Source: Acidobacteriota bacterium
Lineage (GTDB): Bacteria; Acidobacteriota; UBA6911; RPQK01; JAJDTT01
Assembly (NCBI GenBank): GCA_965263035.1
Contig: OZ253580.1
Span: forward strand, 5,536,001-5,600,000
DNA length: 64,000 nucleotides
Reading direction: 5' to 3'
The notes beneath the pieces were generated by a model that saw only the letters and a program-made list of their open reading frames with translations, did not search any database and had not been told where the DNA came from. Positions 31,801-43,800 of the stretch are shown here, one piece after another. Each line of letters starts with the position of its first letter. Position 1 is the stretch's first letter. Both the position numbers and the translations under genes were made by a program.

Positions 31801-34800
31801 CCGCCAGAATGATCAGGTCCCGGTTCGTGCTCAGCCTGAAATCCTCCTCTGCCGCCGGACTCACCGGCGTCGCCGAGACCGTCACCGTCGTCCTCTCACC
31901 CGAGGCCCGGCTCAGACTTGCCGTCACCGTGCTCGACTCCCCGTTCTCACCGATCGAGTCTGGCGACAACTCCAGCGTCACCGCGGGCGTTCCATCGTCA
32001 TCCCTGATCGTCAGCGTCACGCCGGACGGACCCGTCACGCCCTGGTCGTTGGTCGACGTCCCGGACACCTGCACCGTCTTGTCGGGGGCGTCCACATCGT
32101 TGTTGTTGGCGCTGATCGTCACCGTCCCGGTGCTGCGTGTCTGACCTGCCTCGATCGTCAGCATCTGGTTGGTGCTGACCGTGAAGTCCTCCGCCACCGC
32201 CGGACTCACCGGCGTCGCCGAGACCGTCACCGTCGTCGGCTCACTCGACACCCGGTCCAACCGCGCCGTCACCGTGCTCGACCCTCCGTTTTCACTGATC
32301 GAATACGATGTCAGCAACCAGGTCACCGTCGGGGCCGGCTCCGCCGGCTCCTCCATGAACGCCGCCGCCCCGTTGCCCACCTTGTCCTGAATCGGATTGA
32401 ACCCCGGCGTATAGGTCACCGTCACCGCTTCGCCCGCCGCCACCGGCGAGGCCAGCCGTAGCGTGACCTTCTTTCCACTCACTTGGACCTGGATCACCGC
32501 ACGATCATTCCCCGCCACCGCCACCGTGAAGTCGGACCCCAAAGGCACCGAGCCCTCATCCAGCGCCTCGTCGTAGGTCAACGTCACCCGCGACTCATGC
32601 ACCGTCACGCTCTCCCGCTCCGGCTCCACGCCGTCCACCCGGTGGCCCGCCTGCGCCGGCAATGCTTCATAACTCCGCGCCGCCAGATTGCCCGCCGAGT
32701 CCTCGATCCTGCCCCCGTTCAAGTCGATCCGGTCGGCAGCAATGCTCACCCCGTCCGGGTCCAGGTCCCCTTTCTCCACCGTGTAGACGAACACCACCGT
32801 CGCCGATTCCGGACCGGCGCCGGCCCGGGCCGCCTTCCGCCGATTGCCCACCGTCAGATCCAGCGTCGGCGTCCCCTGCGTGGTGACCACCCTCACCGGC
32901 TCGTCGTAGCGCACCGTCACCTCGATCGCGTCCCCGGCCGCGTAGGTCTGGTCGGTCCCCGGGTTCGAGCTGAGCTCGATCTCTTCCAACGCCGGCGCGG
33001 TCGTGTCCGGCGTCCGGTTGTCCACCCCCTGGTCCGTGAACGCCCCGGCGTCGTTGCCTGCCACGTCCTGGATCGGATTCGACCCCGGCTGGTAGCTCAC
33101 CCGGATCCCCGTCTCTTCGTGCTCCGCCGCCGGATTCACCGTCAGCTCCACCGCGCTCCCGCTCACCTGCACCCCGGTCACCGTTCGCGTCGCATTCCCG
33201 CCCGTCACCGTGTAGGCGCTCGGCGCCGGCCTCGACGACCCGTTCAACGGCTCGTCATAGGTCAGCGTCAGCGTCGATCCGTTCATCGTCGCCCTGTCCA
33301 TAGGGGCCAGACCCGGAGCCACGCCGTCCACCTTGTGCTCCGAATCGTCCCCGACCGCCGCGTGGTCCAGGATCGCGTTATTGCTGGCCCCGTCCCGGAT
33401 CGACCCGGTGCCCCGCGACAGGCGGTTCGCCTCGATGCTCACTCCGTCCGGGTCGTTGTCGCCGACCCCCACTGCGTATCCGAACCTTACGGCGGCCCCG
33501 GTGACGCTTTGGTACTCCGCCGTTCGATCCCCGCCGCCGACGTTCAAGATCAACCGGGGCGTCCCCGTCACCACGACCGTCTCGTCGAAGGTTACGGTCA
33601 CCTCGATCGTCTCCCCGGCCGCGTAAGTCTGATCCGACTCTGCATTCGAGGTGATCCTCACCATCTCGACCGCCGGCCCCGTCATATCTCCTGTCTGGTT
33701 GGTGACCTGCCGGTTGCTCAGGCTGTCCGCGTCGTTGCCGGCCGTGTCCTGAATCGGACTCTCTCCCATCTCGGTCGGTACCGTGTAGGTCACCCGCAGC
33801 CCCGTCTCCCCGTGCTCCACCGGTGGAGCCAGGGTCAACTCCACCGCGCTCCCACTCACCCGCACCCCGGTGACCGTGCGCGTCTGGTTGCCCCCCGTCA
33901 CCGTGAACGCATCGTTCGGTGGCATCGAAGACTCGTCCAACGCCTCGCTGTAGGCCAGCGTCAGCGTCGCCCCGTTCGCCACCGCAGAAGAAAACGTCGG
34001 TGCCGTATCGTCCACATCCTGAAGCCGGACGATAAAGTCCGCCTCCACGGGATTGAACCCGTCGGTGACTCGCACCCTGATTTCGTAGTCCCCGTCCCGA
34101 TTGGCGTCGTCCGGACTCTCGTAGTCCTTCGCCGTCTTGAACGCGAGTTCGCCGTCGGACGTCAGCGTGAACTTGCTCCCGTCCGCGCCGCCTGCGATCT
34201 CCCACTCCAGGTCCGCCACCGCTCCATCCTCGTCCCTCGCTGCCAACGTCGCCACCTCGGTCTCGTTCTCCGCCACCAGAAGTGGGGAGTCCGTCGTGAT
34301 CACTGGGGCGGCATCGTCATCGGTGATCGTGATCGTCTGCTGCGTGCCGACGGCGTTACGATTATGGGTGGCGGTGATCAGGACCGTCTCGTCGACGTCG
34401 ATGAGACGGTCGTTCACAGCAGTGACGGGGGTCGTCACCGAGTCGTCGCCCGCCATGAGGTTGAGCCTCTCGGAGTCCACCGTATAGTCCGTGTCCTTCT
34501 CCGCCGTCCCCGAGAAAGACAGCCGGATCTCCTGAGCCTCCGCGAAGGTCACTCCGTTCGTGATCCTCACCGTCACTGTCGAGCTCCCGGCCGCCTCCGC
34601 GATCACCGCCGGACTGACCTCCAGGGTCATCACCGGAGCCGCATCGTCGTCCGTGATGGTGAGCGTCACATCGGAAGGATCCGTCACCCCCTGACTATTG
34701 TTGGCGGAACCGGACACCCGCACCGTCTTGCCGGGCGCATCCACGTCGTTGTTGTTGGCTCTGATCGTCACCGTCCCCGTGCTGGTGGTCCGGCCCGCCG

Positions 34801-37800
34801 TGATGGTCAGCGTCTGGTTCCCGCTCAGGGTGAAGTCCCCCGACATGGCCGGGGAGACGGCCGTCGCCGACACCGTCACCGTCGTCGTCTCACTCGACGC
34901 ACGGTTCAGCTCCGCCGTCACGGTCGTCGACCCGCTGTTCTCGCTGATGGAGGCCGGCGACAACTCGAGCGTCACCGTCGGAGCGGTGTCCTCATCGGTG
35001 ATGGTGAGCGTCACATCGTCTGGGTCCGTCACCCCCTGGCTGTTGCTGGCGGAACCGGACACCCGCACCGTCTTGTCGGGTGCGTCCACCTCGTTGTTGT
35101 TGGCTCTGATCGTCACCGTCCCCGTGCTGGTGGTCCGGCCCGCCGTGATGGTCAGCGTCTGGTTCGCGCTCAGCATGAAGTCCCCCTCTACAGTCGGGGA
35201 GACGGCCGTGGCCGACACCGTCACCGTCGTCACCACACTCGATGACCGGTTCAGCTTCGCCCGGACGGTAGTGGATCCTCGATTCTCGCCGATGAAGGTC
35301 GGCGATAGCTGGAGCGTCACCGTCGGAGCTCCGTCCTCATCCGTGATGGTCAGGGTCACATCGTCTGGGTCGATCACTCCCTGACTGTTGCTGGCGGAGC
35401 CCGATACCCGAACCGTCTTGTTCGGTGTGTCCACGTCGTTGTCGTTGGCGCTGATCGACACCGTCCCCGTGCTGGCGGTCTGGCCCGCCGTGATGGTCAG
35501 CGTCCGGTTCGCACTCAGCGTGAAGTCCCTCGACACCGCCGGGGAGACGGCCGTCGCCGACACCGTCACCGTCGTCGCCACACTCGATGCGCGGTCCAAC
35601 CGCGCCGTCACGGTCGTGGACCCTCCGTTCTCGCTGATCGAATCTGCCGACAGCTCCAGCGTCACCGTCGGAGCGGTATCGTCATCGGTGATCGTGAGCG
35701 TCACGTCGGCCGGGTCCGTCACCCCCTGGTTGTTGCTGGCGGAGCCCGATACCCGAACCGTCTTGTTCGGTGTGTCCACGTCGTTGTCGTTGGCGCTGAT
35801 CGACACCGTCCCCGTGCTGGCGGTCCGGCCCGCCGTGATGGTCAGCGTCCGGTTCGCACTCAGCGTGAAGTCCCTCGACACCGCCGGGGAGACGGCCGTC
35901 GCCGACACCGTCACCGTCGTCGCCACACTCGATGCGCGGTCCAACCGCGCCGTCACGGTCGTGGACCTTCCGTTCTCGCTGATCGAATCTGCCGACAGCT
36001 CGAGCGTCACCGTCGGAGCGGTATCGTCATCGGTGATCGTGAGCGTCACGTCGGCCGGGTCCGTCACCCCCTGGTTGTTGCTGGCCGTCCCCGATACCCG
36101 CACCGTCTTGTCGGGTGCGTCCACGTCGTTGTTGTTGGCTCTGATCGTCACCGTCCCCGTGCTGGTGGTCCGGCCCGCCGTGATGGTCAGCGTCTGGTTC
36201 GCGCTCAGCATGAAGTCCCCCGACACGGCCGGGGAGGTGGCCATGGCCGACACCGCTACCGTCGTCGTCTCGCTCGACACACGGTCCAGCTTCGCCCGGA
36301 CGGTGGTGGATCCTCGATTCTCGCCGATGGAGGTCGGCGACAACTCGAGCGTCACCGTCGGAGCAGGGTCGTCATCGGTGATGGTCAGGTTCACGTCGGC
36401 CGGACCCATCACCCCCTGGCTGTTGCGGGCCAATCCCGACACCCGCACCGTCTTGTTGGGCGTGTCCGCGTCGTTGTTTTTGGCGCTGATCGACACCGTC
36501 CCCGTGCTGGCGGTCTGGCCCGCCGTGATGGTCAGCGTCCGGTTCGCACTCAGCGTGAAGTCCCTCGACACCGCCGGGGAGACGGCCGTCGCCGACACCG
36601 TCACCGTCGTCGCCACACTCGATGCGCGGTTCAGCCGCGCCGTCACGGTCGTGGACCCTCCGTTCTCGCTGATGGAGGTCGGCGACAACTCAAGCGTCAC
36701 CGTCGGGGCGGGCTCGTCATCCACGATCGTCAGCGTGACGTCGGCCGGGTCCGTCACCCCTTGGCTGTTGCTGGCGGAGCCCGACACTCGCACCATCTTG
36801 TTGGGTGCGTCCACATTGTTGTTTCTGGCGGTGATGGCCACCGTCCCCGTGCTGGTGGCCTGACCGGCGGTGATCGTTAGCGTCTGGTTCGCGCTCAGCA
36901 TGAAGTCCCCCGGCACGGCCGGGGAGACGGCCATGGCCGACACCGTCACCGTCGTCGTCTCGCTCGACGTATGGCTCAATGTCGCCATCACCATGGCGGA
37001 CCCGCTGTTCTCGCTGATGAAGGCCGGCGACAACTCGAACATCACCGTGGGCATGGCGCCCGGCATCGGCACGGCCACGGAAACCCGCGGACTGCGGCTC
37101 CCTTCGCCGCCATTGATCACGGCCGCCACCTGATAGACGTAGGTGGCGCCGGCAGTCACGTCGGTGTCGACGTAGGTGCGATTTCCGGTGTTCTCAGCGA
37201 GGATCTCGACGGTGGTTCCGGCAGTGCGGTAGAGGTTGTAGGTCCCACCGGAGATTGCGGACCAGGTCAGCGTCACCTGGCCCACCGTGGGTGTCGCCAT
37301 CAGGTTCGGGCCGGCGCGAACCTGATGGCCGAACTCCTGCCAGGTCGCCCCGCCGCCCCCATTCGTGTCCACCGAAAGGACCGGGTACTGGCCCGACGTC
37401 CCGAAGTCCCAGGGATCGTCGTTCATGCCGTCGCCGTTCAGATCCACGTTCCAGGTCAAATAGATGTCGCCGGCGGACGTGGGCAACTGCAACTCCGCCG
37501 TGGTCTTTGCTTGGCCGTTGGAGCCGCTGGTGCGTCCCGACGTGTCGGAATCCCAATAGCTGGCGGTGATGGCGCCGCCGCCGGTGTTCCGGCCGACCAG
37601 GCCACCGATTGTGCTGCGGCCCGAGACGAGACCGGTCGCATAGCTGATGTCGACGTCACCGGTGTTCCGGCCGATCAATCCTCCGGCCTCGTAATCCCCC
37701 ACGATTCGGCCCGTCGCGTATGCGGCCCTCACCTCGCCGCTGTTGGACCCGGCGAGGCCGCCGATGCGGTCGTCTCCCGTCACGTGGACGGTGGAGTAAC

Positions 37801-40800
37801 TGGCGGACACGGATCCGTCATCCAGGTTGGCGCCGGCCAACCCGCCGACATCGTCGTCGCCGGATACCGTGCCCGTGGCGAAGGATCCGCTGACGGCGCC
37901 GCTGTTGGACCCGACCAGACCGCCGACGTTGTCGGTTCCCGTCACCTGGACAGAAACCATCTCCAGGTTCCGGATGACGGCGGACGACCTGGTCGCGCCG
38001 AACAATCCAAGTTCGTTTTCGCTACTGTCGATAAACAGATTGGCGATGGTCCGACCGTTGCCCTCGAAGATCGCAGCGAAGCTAGAGAAGCTGCGGGATG
38101 AGTCACCGATCGGCTCCCAGCCGGCGCCGTCCTTCCAGTAGTCGTCGTCTGAGTCGACATCTCCATCCCTGTCGGTGTCGAAGTCCAGATCGGCGTTCAG
38201 TTCATATCCCACACAACCGACCAGGCCGCCGCAGGCCAGGGAACTGCCCCCGTTGGGGAACGCATCGGTATAGGCCGTGGAAAAATAGCCAAACCCAGTC
38301 AGGTCGTAACGGACGGCATCGAGCTGCGCCAGATTGCTGATTTCGATGAGGCCGTCGTCGTCGGTGTCGTAATCAACCGTCGTGGTGGGCAGAACGGTCA
38401 CCCTGAACTGCTGAGTCCTGCTCCGGTTGGACCCCTCGTCGGTAGCGGTCACCGTGATGGTCGTGCGGCCCTCGGCGACCGGGATGATCGTCACCCGTGT
38501 CCCCGAAAGAGTCACCCGGGCGACGGTGGTGTCCGAGGAGGACACGGCGTAGGCGATGGTGTCGCCCTCCGGATCCTGGAACGCCCCGCCCACCTCCGTC
38601 ATCGCCGAGTCGCCCACGAGCAACCACCGCCACCGCAAGGTGCCCACCGCCTCTGGACGTTTGTTGCCGGCCACCGTCACCGATACCGTGGTGCTCCGCA
38701 CGGCTTCGCCGCCATCCACCACCGCCACCACCTGGTAGATGTAGGTTTCAGCGGCGACGTCGGTGTCCGTGTACTCGCGCACGGAGAGGTTCTCGGCGAT
38801 GGCCTCGATGGTGTCGTCCTCTTCTTCTCGGGTCACGGTGTAGGAAACGCTCGGCGCCGGGGTCCATTCGCTATTCAACGGCGCCTCGGTCCATTCCAGT
38901 TCGACCTGGCTTTGCCCGGCATTCGTCGTCGCTGTCGCGGTCAGGGTTGGCCCGGACCGAAGCTGATAGCCGAACTCCTCCCACGTCGCATCGTCGTCTC
39001 CATCCACGTCCGCCCGCAGGGCCGGGTACTGGCTGGACGTCCCGAAATTCCAGAGGTTATCGTTCACATGGTCTTCATCGATATCCACGTTCCAGCTTCC
39101 GTAGATGCCGCTGTAGCCGGTGGGCGACTGCAGTTGCGACGTCGTTCTGCCCGAGCCGGGTGACCCCGATCCCTGCCCTGACGTGAGCGTATCCCAGTAG
39201 CTGTTGGTGATGGTCCCGCCGTCATCGTCTCCCACCAACCCACCATTGTTTCGGCCGTCCACGACGCGCCCCGTCGCATAGCTGGCAGTGATAGTGCCCT
39301 CTCTGTAGACGTGACCGACCAGCCCGCCGGCATTCGAACCATCAACGCTGCCGGTCGCGTAGCTGGCACTGATCGTTGCCTCATCGAACGGCGTAGCGAT
39401 CGTGCCGACGAGTCCGCCCGAGGTCGGCCCGGAGACCGGACCCGTCGCATAGCTGGCAGCGATCAATTTGAATTGGTGGTAACCGACCAGCCCGCCGGCT
39501 GAACTGTCCGAGGTGACCGGGCCGGTCGCGTAGCTGTAGACGACGTAACCGGTGTTGTAACCCACCAACCCGCCGGCGGCGGACGGTGCCCCGAAAGTAA
39601 CGATGATGTTTACACCGGGAGGAAACGGCGGTCTCATTCGCGTTACCGCCGCCGAGCTGCTGGAGAGGTAGACGAGCCTCAGATTGAGCCCGACCAGTCC
39701 CCCGACGTGAAGCTCTCCGGATACGTGCCCCGACGACTGGATGCCGCTGAGAAGGCCCTGGTTCTCCCCGACCAGCGCACCGGCAGCCCCCGTGCCCGAC
39801 ACGTTCACGTCAGCCAACGTGAGGTCGTCGACAGCGCCGCCCAAACCGATCCTACCGAACAACCCCGAGAATCCGCGCCCCGCAGTGAAGAGGTTGCTCA
39901 GGGTGTGTCCGTTGCCTTCGAATGTCGTGTTGAAGAAATAGGAAAACCCCCTGGAATCCCAGCCGATAGGCTCCCAACCGTCGCCATCGTTCCAGTAGTC
40001 GTCGTCTGAGTCGACCGCCCCATCCCCGTCCGTGTCGAAGTCCAAATCTGCGAGGAGTTCATACCCCGAGCAACCGTCCACGCCGCCGCACATTCGATCG
40101 AGCGCCGAGGGGAAAGCTGCCGCGTACGCCGCCACGGTGCCCGCGTAACCATTCCCATCGCGGTCATAGCGCATAGCATCGAGCTGCGCCAAATTGCTGA
40201 CGCCGATCAGCCCGTCGCCGTCGGCGTCGTAGTCGTGGCCAACCGTCACTCTGAAGCGCTGCGACACGCTCATATTGGACCCGCCGTCGTCGGTCGCCGT
40301 CACGGTGACGATCGTCCGGCCCGCGGCCACCGGCGTGATCGTCACCACGGATCCCGACCTGCTCAACGTGGCGACGGATGTCAGCGACGAGCTTGCCCCA
40401 TATGTCAGCGTGTCGTTGTCCGGATCCTGGAAGGCCTCCGCGACGTCTACCACGACCGCCATGGACCCCACTGTCAGCTGCCGATCTGCAATAATTCCCA
40501 CCGCTAACGGGGGCTGGTTCCCCGCGCCGGCGATCACCGCCACCGGCGCGCTACGCGCTGCTTCACCACCGTCCACTACCGCGGCCACCCAGTACGTGTA
40601 GTCGTCGCCGATCGTCACGTCGGTGTCGGTGTGGCTGAGCCCGGTCAGATTCGTCGCGATGACTTCGATGCTGGTTCCGTCGTCGCGATAGAGGGTGTAG
40701 CTGACATCCGGCGCCGGGCTCCAGGAACTCGGAATCGATATCGCATTCCAGCCGAGGACCACTTGGGCCTGGCTCGCCGTCGTCGCCGCCGTCAGCGTCA

Positions 40801-43800
40801 AGCTGTCGCGGACCTGGTAGCCGAACTCCTCCCATGTCGCTTGACTATCATCATTCAGATCCAGCGACAGGACCGGATACTGCGCCGTCGTCCCGAAATC
40901 CCAGGGATCGTCGTGCTCGTCATCGCCGGAAGAGAAGCTGCCCAGCTCCACGTTCCACGTGTCGTAGATGCCTGTGTAGTCCGTCGGTGTCCGCAGCTCC
41001 GCGGTGGTCTTCCCGCCCACGCCCAGCCGCAGCCGCTCCGTACCGTCGATCACGCCATTGTCATTCGAATCGTCCTGGCCCACTCCGACGCGCACCCCGG
41101 AGGTCTCCAGATCCCAGTAACTGGACTGGACCTTAACGAAGCGGCCACTGCCGACAAGCCCGCCGACTGCCGCCGTACCGGAGACCGCGCCCGTGGCATA
41201 GCTCACCTGGACATAACCACAGGAACTGCCGACCAACCCGCCGACGCCCCCGCCGGTACTGGTGGTGGTTTCTGCGGGTCCGGACAGGGTGAAGGCCCCG
41301 AGCAAATCACAAATGATGAATCCGGAATCCGAGTCCGTGAGTCGAGATCCACGACCCGACACGTTCCCGCTGGCATAGCTGGCCTCAATGAGCTGTGCCA
41401 CATCGCTGACGGCTCCGACCAACCCACCGACCGCGTCCATCCCCTCCACGTTCCCGGTGGCATAGCTGGCGATGGTGTCATTGAGAATCTGGTGCCCAAC
41501 CAACCCACCGACCGCGTCATTGCCGGACACATTGACGGCGGCCGAGCTGTGCCACACCGTGCCCCAGGTCCGGCCCACCAGGCCGCCCACTTCATCCTCG
41601 CCAGACACCTGGCCCCTGGCATGGTTGTCTACGACCGACCCATAGACGCCGTCACCCAGCAGGCTGCCCACCGCGTCGCGGCCGGTCACATATGCGCCAA
41701 TCAGGCTGACGCCAGTGATTCTGCTCCTATCGATAGCCCCGAACAGACCAACCCCGTCCTCGGTGTCCCGGTCGATGAACAGGTTGGACACGGTGCGACG
41801 ATTGCCCTTGAAATCGGCAATGAAGGGCGTGTCGGCCTCACCGATCGGCTCCCAGCCGTCGCCGCCGTTCCAGTAGTCGTCGTCTGAGTCGATATCTCCA
41901 TCGTCGTCCGTGTCGAAGTCCAGGTTCGCCGTCAGCTCGTAGCCCGTGCAGCCGTCGTCGCTGGGACACCCCATTCCCAGAGCACCCATGGGATAGGCGG
42001 TGTAATACGGCATCCAGATCGCACCATCCACCAGGCCATCGCCGTTCAGGTCGTACCGCAGGGCGTCCAGCTGCGCCAGGTTGGCGACATCGATCAGACC
42101 GTCGTTATCGGAATCGTAGTCCCTGTTTCCCGCTGTGACTGTGACTGAAAAAGAGTCGGTTGCGCTCAGGCCGTCGGGGTCGATCGCGCGCAACCTCACC
42201 ATGACGCGTCCGGGCGAGCCCGGGGTCATCGTTACCTCTGCACTGCTCAGAGTGATGGTCAGTCGGTCAGGGTCGCTCGATATCGCCTCATAGGTCAGCG
42301 TGTTGTTGTCCGGATCGTCGAAGACATCCTCCAAAGCGATGTCCACAGCATCGTCACCCGGAGCGAATGTCCGGTTGGATTGGGCACTCGCCACGGTGGG
42401 CGCCCCATTGCGGTCCGCCACCGCGACATCGACGGCATCCACCGCGCCTGGAGCCATCACGATGCCGGCCCCGGAATCGCGATCGACGCCGGTCGTCTCG
42501 ATGTCCAGGACCGCGGTTCCGGTCGTCATCCCTGTACGGAGCTGCGCCGGGGTGACTTGGCCCGGACCCCCTGCCGCCTCCAGCATCAAGGCCCCAATCG
42601 CCGCCGCGTGCGGCGCGGCAGATGAAGTGCCGCAGAAGGTCGAGAAGCCGGGCGTCGCCGTCGACACGCACGTCGCAGCGGTGAGGTCCGGCTTCTGCAG
42701 CAGCTTCCCGCCCGTCGAGGAGAAATTGCCGGCCGTGATCGCTGTGCCGTCCGGTTGGAAGAAGATCCGGCGCGGACCGTCCGAATTGCTCGTCCGGACC
42801 GACTCGGTCCCGTTGAAGACTTGGCCGGACCCGGCGGCGTCGCGCACGTCGACCATCGCCACACTGACCGCGTTCTCCGCCGCTGAGTGGCCGTACAGGT
42901 TGCCGGCGGTCTGGATCGCCAACCGTCCGTCGAAGGCGTGCACGCGCAGGTAGCGGTCCGATCCGGAGGTCTTGACGACGACTACAGTGAGTCCGGAGAA
43001 GTTGAAAAACGGCGAGAGGATGGACTCGACCGGATCTTGCGTTCCGTCCTGGATGTCCGTCGAGCTGGCGACCACGTCGCCGTCCTCATCGACCAGGAAC
43101 AAGTCGTAATCGCTCGATGAAGCACCCAGCGGGTCGGCCCACTGAAGGACAATGGTGCGAACCCCGGAAAACCCGGAGCCGCTCACCTCGTTCGCTTCCA
43201 CCCCACCGCCGAAATCGTGCCGGACGCCGAGCGTCTCACCGTCCACGATCAGCGCGGTTCCCGCGTCGTAGTCCCCCTCCCAGACCCCAGTAGTGCCATC
43301 GGTCAGATTGCCGTCGTTACCACCCGCCGAGAAGAAGTAACAGCCGCCAGCGACCGCCGCGTTGACCCCTTTCGCGACGATGTCGTCCTGGAAGGCTGCT
43401 TCATTGGTGTAGCCGATGTCGTCGACGATAACGTTCGCACCGGCCTCGCAGAGCGCCTCGATATTCGCTGCCATCTGCGCCTGGCCTCCATAGCCCGTCG
43501 CGAAATACAGCTCTGCCCCCGGAGCGAGATCATGGACGATCTCGAGCAGCGCCGTCCCTTCGTCCCCGCTACCCGCCTGTCCCGGCAGCACCGTCACCCG
43601 CGCTGGCAAGTCGTCCGTAGCCTGCCGGCCGGCAAGCGTCCTGACACCATCCGAGATCACACCGATCCCAATTCCAGTACCGTCGACTCTGTGAATAGCG
43701 CGCGTCCGTATCGCCCGATGGGCGACGTCACCCTCGGACGTGTTGTCCTTTTTGGTTACCGGGGCATCCGCTATCCGTGTCCGGGAGGTGGGTGAGAGCG